DNA of 64,000 nucleotides from Parcubacteria group bacterium. Its GTDB lineage: Bacteria; Patescibacteriota; Patescibacteriia; Patescibacteriales; GWC2-42-12. Positions 1-8,746 of this stretch are shown one piece after another. Both the position numbers and the translations under genes were made by a program. The DNA lies in NCBI GenBank assembly GCA_016188785.1, contig JACPHD010000001.1:26300-90299 (forward strand), written 5' to 3'. The notes below the pieces were generated by a model. The model made no database searches, was not told where the DNA came from, and saw only the letters and a program-made list of their open reading frames with translations. Position 1 is the stretch's first letter. Every line of letters begins with the position of its first letter.

Positions 1-96
1 GAAGGAATTTTTCTAATTTTATTTTTGTCTTGGCGTAGGGGCAGAGGGGCTGGGGGTGAATGCCCCGAAGCCAAGACTCCTTATTTGTATTATTTT

Positions 97-2247
97 TTAT
101 ACTGTTTCTTCTGCAAAAATAGTAACTTCTGTGTTCTGCGGAGTCATTAGTACTGGCCACCAAAATTCGGCATCCTTCCAACCATTATCTTTTCTACCGT
201 TTTGGCGAAACAACATAAGCGAAGGAGTATCAATTGAAACCTTTTTAGCTATGGCGTCATCGGTTTTCGAACCATCGGGTGCATCTGAAAATGTTCCGTC
301 ATCTTTAAATCGACTTAGGTTTCTTCCTTTTCTTATTAAAATCCATACTTTCCCTGTTTCTGAGTTATTTCGAGAGTGCAAAGACAGGTGTTCCAAACTC
401 GCTTTGAAAGTTTTCCAATTAAATGAATAAAACTCGTCGAGCTCAAGAGTTTTGGAAATTAGATCAATAATTTCCATGCAATCATTTAGTTTAATAAGCA
501 CTGGCTTATTTTCGTCCTTCCCTGGAAACCACCCGTCAATAATTGAATCGAGTTGTTCAACAATACCTCCGATATTTGTTTTATATTCTGTTTGAAAACC
601 AATTGGGAGTAATCTTTTATGCGGCCGTAATGTCGCGAGAGATGAAAGCAAGAGTTTGTTCGGAGAACAAGGTACAAGTCGTCCGGTAACATCTTTTCGT
701 ATGAAATAAACTCCGTTGGAGTGATCTCCTTTTTCAAAAGCTTCTCTTAACGCAGAATCAAATTCATGAATACGTCTCATAACTTCATAAATGTCTCTCG
801 TTGTATAGAACCGAGTTACGGCCAAATCATTGCGTGGCCGCGCACCATACATTCTTGCGTGTTGTAAAACCGTATCTTGCTGAAATCTTTTCGGTTTTCT
901 GCCGTAGTAAAATCCAATCAAATTATTTACCGTAACACCCCGGTCTAAAATCTGCCCGCCAATAAAAATATTCATTGGGTTACGCAGTTTAAGTTGTCCT
1001 TTATCATCCAATAATTCCTCGACTTCCTTATCAGAGTTTACTGTTGTAATCATTATATGTTCTTCAAGTAAAGATGTTATTACTCCATCCATCACTTCTT
1101 CTTTTGTCGGCATTTCTAAAGAATTAATTTTATCTACGGATTTTTTCATATCATCATATGATTCTTCAATGAGAAGATTTAGCGACTGTGGACTATCCTC
1201 TGCAATTTTTGCTAGCTCAGTTATTAACATGCGTATTATTTCAAGCTGCCATCCATGCGAATTCCTGTGTATTTCGCTGTGTGCAATAAAGGCATACTTC
1301 TGCTGAGTTTCCCCATTTTTGGCTTGTTGTTTGCGTCGAATAATCGCACCAACCAAAAAATTTACTATCGCTTTTCTTAAGACACTTATTTTACTCGACG
1401 AAACAACATCATCTAATTTTAATCGACGCGCATCAGGTTCTTTCAGTACAGCTCTCTCCTCGACAGAGACTTCTTCAAAAATAAAATGTGCAATGGAATT
1501 TTCATCCTCACTTTCATTAAAATAGAATTCACCACCAATATAATCATTGTGTTTTGGTAATAAAACCGTAAATGCTGGTCGTTTTGGCAAGAACTCGACT
1601 TTATCCTCGACCATGCTTGGCTGAAGATAAAGTGAATACGGGGTTGCAGTTACTTGGAGATAATCTACTTTTTTAACAATGCTTCTCAATTCATCAATTT
1701 GTGATGATATGCGACCAACCTCTATTGCCTCTGCATGTTTGCGGAAACTAATACTCGCGTAATCTGCCTCGTCATCAACTATCAGAACTTTTTTCTCACG
1801 AAGATCAGGGTAAACACTAGCTAATTTATCTAAAATCCGCTTCATATTGTTTACCTCTTTTTTCACAATTATTATGAGTTTCTTATTTCTCTCATATGCA
1901 GTTAGGTTATCTGGCATTACCATAACATCAAAAACATCAGCCTTGTCATATTGTATGAAATCTGCGAAATCACCCTCCATGCGCTGCACAGTTTGTTTTA
2001 GTAATGCCTTTGTACCTTTCGTGAGAATAATTGCCGCGTCATAGCCGTTGTCAAATGAAAGAGCCATTATTCCAATAAATGCCCGCGTCTTTCCGCTCTG
2101 GATTTTTCCAAGCAATATCCCCGGACTTTGTGAAGAGGTCTCTTTTTGCAAAAGCTTATTTACGGCATCTTCCATGCATAAAATTAAGTCTTCAGCGTCA
2201 TTTCGCTTCTTAATGAGTTTATTAAACATTTCTCCGCGAGTTGTCAT
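97..2247 (-). CDS. Z1-domain-like P-loop NTPase (Walker A GKIQSGKT, DEAD-like LIVDDEAD), R-M associated
   Basis: Motifs read in the 716-aa translation. Start lies 5 nt after the stop of the upstream REase, so same operon. Z1-family assignment is from memory of motif layout only. Confidence 0.45.
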   Translation of the reverse strand: MTTRGEMFNKLIKKRNDAEDLILCMEDAVNKLLQKETSSQSPGILLGKIQSGKTRAFIGIMALSFDNGYDAAIILTKGTKALLKQTVQRMEGDFADFIQYDKADVFDVMVMPDNLTAYERNKKLIIIVKKEVNNMKRILDKLASVYPDLREKKVLIVDDEADYASISFRKHAEAIEVGRISSQIDELRSIVKKVDYLQVTATPYSLYLQPSMVEDKVEFLPKRPAFTVLLPKHNDYIGGEFYFNESEDENSIAHFIFEEVSVEERAVLKEPDARRLKLDDVVSSSKISVLRKAIVNFLVGAIIRRKQQAKNGETQQKYAFIAHSEIHRNSHGWQLEIIRMLITELAKIAEDSPQSLNLLIEESYDDMKKSVDKINSLEMPTKEEVMDGVITSLLEEHIMITTVNSDKEVEELLDDKGQLKLRNPMNIFIGGQILDRGVTVNNLIGFYYGRKPKRFQQDTVLQHARMYGARPRNDLAVTRFYTTRDIYEVMRRIHEFDSALREAFEKGDHSNGVYFIRKDVTGRLVPCSPNKLLLSSLATLRPHKRLLPIGFQTEYKTNIGGIVEQLDSIIDGWFPGKDENKPVLIKLNDCMEIIDLISKTLELDEFYSFNWKTFKASLEHLSLHSRNNSETGKVWILIRKGRNLSRFKDDGTFSDAPDGSKTDDAIAKKVSIDTPSLMLFRQNGRKDNGWKDAEFWWPVLMTPQNTEVTIFAEETV

Positions 2248-2251
2248 ATTT

Positions 2252-2920
2252 TTAAAGTATTATTGTTTGCTTTTCGTATAACATTGGCAAAGCATCCTGC
2301 CTCATACGAAATTTTGTACCGTGATTGTGTCCGGTGCGAGCGTCAAAATCTACAAGAATTTTCCCCTCGTCTAATGCTTTCAAAAACCCTTCAAAATCGA
2401 ATTTCTGCAACATCATTACTTTTGTGTAATGATAAAATTCTTTTTTACGCCTAATTTCTACTTCAGCTTGAACATAAAACGCGTTAAGTAGTTTTGTTCC
2501 AGCTTTGTGTTCTAAATCATCAAAACCCCAATATGGTTGCGGGTTAAGTTCGTCAAGCCCTACATGTTTTTTGACTTGTTGTAGCCACTTTTTATGTCTT
2601 TTATCTACACATTTTGAGTCAAATGAAATCAAAATTTTTCGTTCTTTGCGGTCAATTACTACTTTGAAACCGCGATCACTACAAGAATTGCCGTGAATAG
2701 TCTGGCGGAAACTCATTTCACCTTTTGGATACTTTTTGCCGTCTTCTTGATGCGCCCAGCCATAAAATGGTAATAAGACTTGTGGCACAAATCGGATTGC
2801 TCGTGGCGAGGGCTCAATATGAAAAAGTGTTGTGAGAGATGTTGAATTCAAATGTTGAGCTTTCAATTCCCATTCGGCGGCATTTGGGATTGGTAGATTG
2901 TTTTCCTTAATTCCAAGCAA
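2252..2920 (-). CDS. Type II restriction endonuclease, MvaI/BcnI-like (tentative family)
   Basis: 222 aa, directly downstream of a beta-class SPPY methyltransferase. Size and context fit MvaI/BcnI. No in-frame ATG near the 5' end, so the start is TTG at 2920. N-terminal region has repeated IPNA. Confidence 0.45.
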   Translation of the reverse strand: MLGIKENNLPIPNAAEWELKAQHLNSTSLTTLFHIEPSPRAIRFVPQVLLPFYGWAHQEDGKKYPKGEMSFRQTIHGNSCSDRGFKVVIDRKERKILISFDSKCVDKRHKKWLQQVKKHVGLDELNPQPYWGFDDLEHKAGTKLLNAFYVQAEVEIRRKKEFYHYTKVMMLQKFDFEGFLKALDEGKILVDFDARTGHNHGTKFRMRQDALPMLYEKQTIIL

Positions 2921-3050
2921 ATCTTCAAGAGTGTTGCCGATTCCGCCGCTATTTCCTCGGCGAGCGTTTGGAATAAAATCCCACGTTAGATATTTCTTTT
3001 AGTTTAGCTATCAAGGCCGGTTTAGTGTAAATTTTTGGTTTTGACATAAA

Positions 3051-3797
3051 TTAAAATAATTTAGTTTGTGCTTGATGATTTTTTATTCTTTTTTTTGCTG
3101 ATTCGCAATATTCCGGCGAAATTTCAATACCAACAAAATTTCGTTTAAAGTTTATGGCAGATATTGCAGTCGTGCCAGATCCCATAAACGGGTCTAAAAT
3201 TATTTTTGCGTCTGTTGCTGAAACAATGCGATCAATTAGTTTGACCGGAAATGGTGCCGGATGTCCGTTTTTCATTTCTTGCGGTATTTCCCAAATGTCG
3301 CCATGTGCGTTGGCTTTCGGTAAAAGTTTGAATTTCGGTTTAGCAATTAAATAAATTACTTCATAAGTAGGCAAAAAATATCCAACATTAAAATTTAATC
3401 CGCCGGCGCGCTTCCAAATAATAATCTGGCGAATCGGAAAACCGCTAACAATATCTTGTCTATCTTGCAAAAGTCCAGCCTGAACACGCCACTTGTGATT
3501 ATAAAAAATTGCTCCATTTTCAGAGATCAACCTCATCATTTCGGTCAAACAATCTCTTTGCCACTTCACATATTCTTTGTGCGGCATATTATCGTTATAG
3601 TTAGAATAACCTTTTTGCAAGGCAGCGTTTGCCCATTTTCCGCCCCGGCCGTCTTTCATGCCGTTGCCAGTAGAATTTTTAAGATTATAAGGTGGTGAAG
3701 TCACGATTAAATCAACCGATCCGTCCGGCATTTTTTTCATTATTTCAATCGTATCTCCGCAGATTATTTTGTCTATAAATTTTGTTATATCTGACAT
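3051..3797 (-). CDS. DNA methyltransferase, beta class (TSPPY then DPFMGSGTT), probably N4-cytosine
   Basis: Motif IV 'IVTSPPYN' precedes motif I 'LDPFMGSGTT'. SPPY favours m4C. Likely start at MSDITKF (3797) rather than the ORF-track start 3869. Confidence 0.8.
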   Translation of the reverse strand: MSDITKFIDKIICGDTIEIMKKMPDGSVDLIVTSPPYNLKNSTGNGMKDGRGGKWANAALQKGYSNYNDNMPHKEYVKWQRDCLTEMMRLISENGAIFYNHKWRVQAGLLQDRQDIVSGFPIRQIIIWKRAGGLNFNVGYFLPTYEVIYLIAKPKFKLLPKANAHGDIWEIPQEMKNGHPAPFPVKLIDRIVSATDAKIILDPFMGSGTTAISAINFKRNFVGIEISPEYCESAKKRIKNHQAQTKLF

Positions 3798-3949
3798 ATC
3801 TTGATTATAGCTTGAAAAAATTATAAATAAATCGTTTTCTGAGCGACGAAAGGAGCGAAGAAAACACAATAGCCCCTTCTTAAAAAATAAAAATAAAATT
3901 TGTTCATTATAGAAAAGTGTTAGGCGTTAGCCGTAAAAAGAAAAGCATA

Positions 3950-4135
3950 TTTCAGCTAATGCGGCGGACTATGCGATGCGTCCGGAGCCCCGCATTTTGC
4001 GGGGCGACTGGCATTTCGCCTATCCCGGAGTTCTGCGAAGTCGCGACCCCGCGCTTGATGCGGGGGAGCGGCGGAGCAGAACGGAGGGGCACCCGCGCGT
4101 ATTCTGCAAATTTGCAGAATTGTATATTATGCGAA
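3950..4135. repeat. GC-rich structured intergenic element with a 20-bp perfect palindrome ATTCTGCAAATTTGCAGAAT and hairpins CCCCGCATTTTGCGGGG
   Basis: About 65% GC in an AT-rich context. Palindromes read directly. Overlapping ORFs on both strands look like GC artefacts. Confidence 0.5.
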
Positions 4136-4214
4136 ATCATGATATTATTTATTCAAAATAATGTTGCTAACTTTATCTATATCATAACAAAGAATCGTTA
4201 AAATTTACAAGTAT

Positions 4215-5372
4215 TTATAACTCCATTGCTTCTTCCAGCTTTTTAATATAATTTTCGGTTTTAAAAGCCGCGGCTTGACGCTTACCGGCTTCAATCAAAG
4301 CGCTTAAATTATTTTTATTGGCAATCAGCCAGGCCATTTTTTCAGCCAGATCATTAGCATCTGCCGGCTTAAATAAAACGCCGGCGCCGTCATTTAACAG
4401 TTCCGGAATGCCGCCCAGATTGCTGGCTAGTACGGGCAAACCGGCGGCCAGCGCCAACTCTATCGCGTTAGGGCAGTTTTCATAAACTAACGACGGATAA
4501 ACCAGACAATGACTGGAACTTAACAATCTATTAGCTGCTTCATCTGCTTGCCAACCTAAAAATTTAATATTTTTATTGCCCGCGGCTTGCCGTCGCGCTC
4601 TTTCTGTTTGCGAACCGTTGCCAGCCAATAGCAATTCTACGTCCGGATATTTTTCTTTAAGTTTATTTAAAGCGTTAATCAATAAAAATACGCCTTTATG
4701 CTTCTCAATTTGGCCTAAAAACAGGAATTTAAAATTACCGGCCAACTGCTTTGGCCGCGGCGTGGTTTCCATCGGATTAGGCAAAACATAAATTTTTGCT
4801 TGCGTGAAAAAATTCCTTTTTACATACAAATCTTTGAGCCAGCGCGAAGGAAAAATCACGGCAGGATATGTAAAAAGCCGGCGACAGAGACTTGAATAAA
4901 TTTCAGCAAAAAAACTGTCTACTGTCCCCTCTTGGCCATAATACATTAAACCTGACGGATGAATTAACTGAAGGTCATGCGCGATATGCAAATGGCTAAT
5001 GCCCAGTTTTCTAATGGCCAGCGGCGTTAAAAAACCCAGACCCATTAAATTATTAGTTATTACCGCCTCGCATTTATTTTCTCGCAGAATTCTTTTAATC
5101 TTAAAATAACTGATAATATTAAATAAATCCCAAACATGCCAAAATATCCGCAAAAATTTAGGCAGTTTATTTAAATTATAATAACCAGAATTTAAATAGT
5201 AAATTTGGGATTTGGGATTTGGGATTTGGGATTTTCTACCCCGTGGCTTGGTGGTAATTATTAAAACTTCATGGCTAGCCTGCCGCAAACCAGCCGCAAT
5301 CGTTTCGCAGACTTTCTCCGCCCCGCCCCGGTTAAACGGCTTATACAGATTATTTATCAGACAAATTTTCAT
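4215..5372 (-). CDS. Glycosyltransferase family 4 (GT1-fold, group 1)
   Basis: C-terminal EX7E-like 'ELALAAGLPVLASNLGGIPELL'. Carries an in-frame GGGATTT x4.5 repeat (5200-5236). Confidence 0.8.
   Translation of the reverse strand: MKICLINNLYKPFNRGGAEKVCETIAAGLRQASHEVLIITTKPRGRKSQIPNPKSQIYYLNSGYYNLNKLPKFLRIFWHVWDLFNIISYFKIKRILRENKCEAVITNNLMGLGFLTPLAIRKLGISHLHIAHDLQLIHPSGLMYYGQEGTVDSFFAEIYSSLCRRLFTYPAVIFPSRWLKDLYVKRNFFTQAKIYVLPNPMETTPRPKQLAGNFKFLFLGQIEKHKGVFLLINALNKLKEKYPDVELLLAGNGSQTERARRQAAGNKNIKFLGWQADEAANRLLSSSHCLVYPSLVYENCPNAIELALAAGLPVLASNLGGIPELLNDGAGVLFKPADANDLAEKMAWLIANKNNLSALIEAGKRQAAAFKTENYIKKLEEAMEL
5200..5236. repeat. Heptamer microsatellite (GGGATTT)n inside the GT4 coding sequence
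   Basis: gggatttgggatttgggatttgggattt encodes PKSQIPNPKSQI. Confidence 0.8.
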
Positions 5373-5388
5373 AAAAAGATAAACGTTT

Positions 5389-6570
5389 TTATTTCGGACT
5401 GTATTTTACATAATGATAAATAGAATTCAATTTTTTACCGACTTTAGTCCAGGTATATTTACTCTCAACTAATGCCCGGCCGGCCCGCCCCATGCTTTCC
5501 GCTAATTTTTTATCCTTTAAAATAATTTTTATCTTGTTAGCCAGATCATCAACGTCGCCAGGCTTAACCAGTAAGCCTTCTCGGCCGTTTTTAAAAATGC
5601 TCCTGACGCCGGGCAAATTCGAGGCAACCACCGGTTTAGCGCAAGCCATGGCTTCAAGTAGAACTAGACCAAAAGCTTCGGCTTTATTAACCGACGGCAA
5701 AACTAAGCAGTCCGAGCCGTTATAAAAATCAGTTAGTTGGCCGCTATCCACCTTGTCATAAAACTCAACGTTTTTTTCCACGCCAAAATTAAACGCGCAA
5801 TCTTTATAATAAGGCAGTAAGTTTCCCCGGCCAATCACTTTTAAAACAGTTGAACTTAATTCCTGATCTTTAATAATTACAGCCAAAGCTTTAAGTAAAA
5901 TTTCCAAACCCTTAAAATAATGGGCTTTATCCAGGCCGCCCACGAATAAAATAACTTTATTCGCTCGCTGTTTATTTATGTCGTCATGGTAAGTGACGAA
6001 CCGCTCAAGATCCACGCCGAATAATATTTGCCGAAATTTATTCGGTTTGATCAGATAATATTTTTTTAAATTAGAGTGTTTAACATAATCAAGCGAAGCG
6101 CAAGTAATAATTTCCGCCGCCCTGGCTAAAAGCGGCAAAATTAAAATACTGTATAAATAAAAAATCGCGCCCTTTAGTCCTCGCGCCTGGCTATCCATGT
6201 GATAATGCAAAATCAATTTCATTTTGCGGCTGGAAAATAACTTTAAAAAAAGTATGGCCTTAAGCGCGCCATAAAACGGGTAATGCAGATGAACTATGTC
6301 AAAATTTCTTAATTTCCAGGCCAGCTGAGGCACTAAAGCGGCGTTGCCATATTTAACCAGCGGCTTCAGACGAAGAACCGCAAATTTGCCTTCAGGCTGA
6401 CCGGCGCAGGCAGGCCGGTTAAATTCATTTTCAATTTTATGATTATAGTTAGGAGTGAAAACCGTCACTTCATGGCCTAAATCAGCCAGACTTTCGGAAA
6501 TATTATAAACACTATTGCCGATGCCGCTCCGATACGGCGGAAAAGCGCAGACGATTTGGGCTATCTTCAT
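5389..6570 (-). CDS. Glycosyltransferase family 4
   Basis: 'LEAMACAKPVVASNLPGVRSI' group-1 GT signature. Confidence 0.8.
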   Translation of the reverse strand: MKIAQIVCAFPPYRSGIGNSVYNISESLADLGHEVTVFTPNYNHKIENEFNRPACAGQPEGKFAVLRLKPLVKYGNAALVPQLAWKLRNFDIVHLHYPFYGALKAILFLKLFSSRKMKLILHYHMDSQARGLKGAIFYLYSILILPLLARAAEIITCASLDYVKHSNLKKYYLIKPNKFRQILFGVDLERFVTYHDDINKQRANKVILFVGGLDKAHYFKGLEILLKALAVIIKDQELSSTVLKVIGRGNLLPYYKDCAFNFGVEKNVEFYDKVDSGQLTDFYNGSDCLVLPSVNKAEAFGLVLLEAMACAKPVVASNLPGVRSIFKNGREGLLVKPGDVDDLANKIKIILKDKKLAESMGRAGRALVESKYTWTKVGKKLNSIYHYVKYSPK

Positions 6571-6574
6571 GTTG

Positions 6575-6901
6575 TTATAATTTATCTTTCAAGGCTATAT
6601 TTTGCACTATTTTAGTAATATCTTTTTCAATTTTTTCCAATTTTAACCGCAAGCGGAAAACGAAATAAAATAATACGGCCACGCTTAAATATAATAAAAC
6701 TTCAATGCCTGAACCGCTAAAACCCAGTCCGGCCACTAATTTATCAATAAATTTTAAAGCCATGATCAGGCCGGCGGCCAAAAGCCAAAAAATCAGCCAG
6801 AACAAAAATTCATTTATGCCGATATAATTTTTTTGTTTTTGCCAATAAAGCCGGGCGAGAATTAAAGCGATGATTATAAACGCGATTATTTGCTGCAGCA
6901 T
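6575..6901 (-). CDS. Small membrane protein (DUF2304-like, GT2-associated)
   Basis: 108 aa with 3 TM helices, directly downstream of a GT2. Confidence 0.45.
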   Translation of the reverse strand: MLQQIIAFIIIALILARLYWQKQKNYIGINEFLFWLIFWLLAAGLIMALKFIDKLVAGLGFSGSGIEVLLYLSVAVLFYFVFRLRLKLEKIEKDITKIVQNIALKDKL

Positions 6902-6905
6902 AAAT

Positions 6906-7595
6906 TTATTGATTAACCAATATAGCGATAAACAGCTCTTTTAAAATTTTCAAGCCGCTGAAAAAACTTTGTCCGAAATTATGGTAAATAACCCTGACTG
7001 GTATTTCTTTAACTTTAAAATTATGTTTTTTGACTTCAAACATTATTTCCGAGCAGTGCGCCATCCGATCCTGCTGCCAGCTAATCCGGCGCGCCGCCTC
7101 GCGCGACATGGCCCTAAAACCGCTCTGCGGATCAGTCAAATTAATGTTAAAAAATACTTTATTCACCGCTCTGGCCAAAGGCATGATAAAATATTTTTTA
7201 AAAACTGGCATGGCCGAACTATGCTCGCCATTAAGAAAACGGGAGCCGAAAACAACCTCGGCCGCGCCGGCTTTAATCGGTGCCGCGATACATTCTAGGT
7301 CGCGCGCTAAAAACTGGCCATCAGCGTCAAAATGAATAATTATGTCAGCGCCCTTAGCCAGACCATAGGCCGTGCCGGTTCTTAAAGCCGCGCCCTGGCC
7401 GCGGTTGATTATATGCTTAAGTAAAACCACGCCTTCTTCTGTAATAAAATCAGCCGTTTTGTCGGTTGAGCCGTCATCAACAATAACAAGTTTATCAACC
7501 AAGGGGTATACCTGGTTGATTATTTCCGCTATATTTTTTTCTTCATTAAACGCCGGAATAACGCAAAAAATTTTTACCCCATTAGAAGTTCGCAT
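6906..7595 (-). CDS. GT2 polyprenyl-phosphate glycosyltransferase (DPM1-like)
   Basis: 'VIPAFNEEKNI...VIVDDGSTDKT' motifs. Start taken at MRTSNGVK (7595). Confidence 0.8.
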   Translation of the reverse strand: MRTSNGVKIFCVIPAFNEEKNIAEIINQVYPLVDKLVIVDDGSTDKTADFITEEGVVLLKHIINRGQGAALRTGTAYGLAKGADIIIHFDADGQFLARDLECIAAPIKAGAAEVVFGSRFLNGEHSSAMPVFKKYFIMPLARAVNKVFFNINLTDPQSGFRAMSREAARRISWQQDRMAHCSEIMFEVKKHNFKVKEIPVRVIYHNFGQSFFSGLKILKELFIAILVNQ

Positions 7596-7657
7596 AAAAA
7601 TTATTCTACAGAACATTATCTTATTCTTTCCCGTTAAAATTATAACTTCTAACGGGG
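7577..7657. repeat. Inverted-repeat element ACCCC(A/G)TTAGAAGTT...AACTTCTAACGGGG enclosing the GT2 start codon (copy 1)
   Basis: Arms at 7577-7590 and 7644-7657. Near-identical to the copy at 20897-20978. Confidence 0.7.
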
Positions 7658-7665
7658 TTCATATT

Positions 7666-8679
7666 TTACACTACAGTTTTTAAGCCTTTGCTGGCCCGCA
7701 GATCATCAATGGTTTTCTTTAGGCCATTTTCCAGGGTAACGATCGGCGCCCAGCCCAGCTCTTCCCGCGCCTTAGTTATATCAGGCAAAGCTAACTCGCT
7801 AATAAACAAATGCCTAGCCGCGTATTTTATGTTTGACTTTGAATTTAAAATTTTTATAATCAGTTCGCAGATTTTCGTTAAATTAGCATCAACATCCGAA
7901 CCGATGTTAACCGGCGCAAGGACATCGCTAGCCATTAATTTTAAACAGCCGTCAAGGCAGTCGCTGATATAACAAAGCGAACTGGAAAAATTTTTATCTC
8001 CCGGAATAACCAGATCGGAATTTTCCAAAGCGCTATTTATGAAATCAGGAATTAAATTACCTTCGTTTAATTTCATCCTGGGGCCGTAGACGCGGAATAA
8101 ACGAATCACCCTTGAATTAACGCCGTAGACTTGGCGGTAATTTTCTATCATAGTTTCAGCAAACCTTTTACCTTCGTCGTATGAGCTTCTGGCCGAAAGA
8201 AAATCAACCTGGCCGATGTCGCTTTCCTTAATTTTACTCTGGCCGTCCCGCCTGGGGCCGTAGACTACGGAGGAAGAAAAATGCATAATCTTGGCCTGGT
8301 ATTTTACGGCCAAATCCAGCGCGTTCTTTAGTCCGTAAGACGAAGCCAGGATAGCGGGAATTTTATTTTTGTCAAAATCTTTAGGCGAAGCCGGGCAGGC
8401 CAAATTATAAATTTCTTGCAGGCCCTGAAATTCTATTTTAAATTTTTGCAATTCCGGCAATTTTTCCAAATCAATCGGCTCGGTAATATCATGTTTTATA
8501 AATTCAAAATTAGGCTCTTGCAGTAAATGATCAATATTCCTTTCGTCGCCGGTAGAAAAATTATCCAAACAGATAACTTTGCTGTCGGCAATCAGCCGAT
8601 CGCATAGATGCGAACCGATAAAACCGGCGCCGCCAACCACTAAAACATTTTTCTGGTCAAAAATCGCTCTTCTGCTCAT
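7666..8679 (-). CDS. NAD-dependent epimerase/dehydratase (UDP-sugar epimerase/dehydratase-type Rossmann enzyme)
   Basis: N-terminal 'VLVVGGAGFIGSHLCDRL' Rossmann motif; SDR-extended family. Confidence 0.8.
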   Translation of the reverse strand: MSRRAIFDQKNVLVVGGAGFIGSHLCDRLIADSKVICLDNFSTGDERNIDHLLQEPNFEFIKHDITEPIDLEKLPELQKFKIEFQGLQEIYNLACPASPKDFDKNKIPAILASSYGLKNALDLAVKYQAKIMHFSSSVVYGPRRDGQSKIKESDIGQVDFLSARSSYDEGKRFAETMIENYRQVYGVNSRVIRLFRVYGPRMKLNEGNLIPDFINSALENSDLVIPGDKNFSSSLCYISDCLDGCLKLMASDVLAPVNIGSDVDANLTKICELIIKILNSKSNIKYAARHLFISELALPDITKAREELGWAPIVTLENGLKKTIDDLRASKGLKTVV

Positions 8680-8746
8680 ATATTTTAAATTATAATTTAG
8701 AAGTGAAAAGTATTTAATTTTTTTCTCACTTCTTACTTCTAACTTC

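Noticed and set aside
56-737. ORFs 56-430 (+) and 486-737 (-)
   Set aside because: Lie inside or antisense to the 716-aa Z1 NTPase gene, which has coherent motifs. Shadow ORFs.
3917-4201. Three overlapping ORFs (3917-4201 +, 3952-4140 -, 3976-4161 +) in the GC-rich island
   Set aside because: Mutually overlapping on both strands in a palindrome-dense ~65% GC segment. Arg/Gly/Pro-rich low-complexity translations. Treated as a non-coding structured element.
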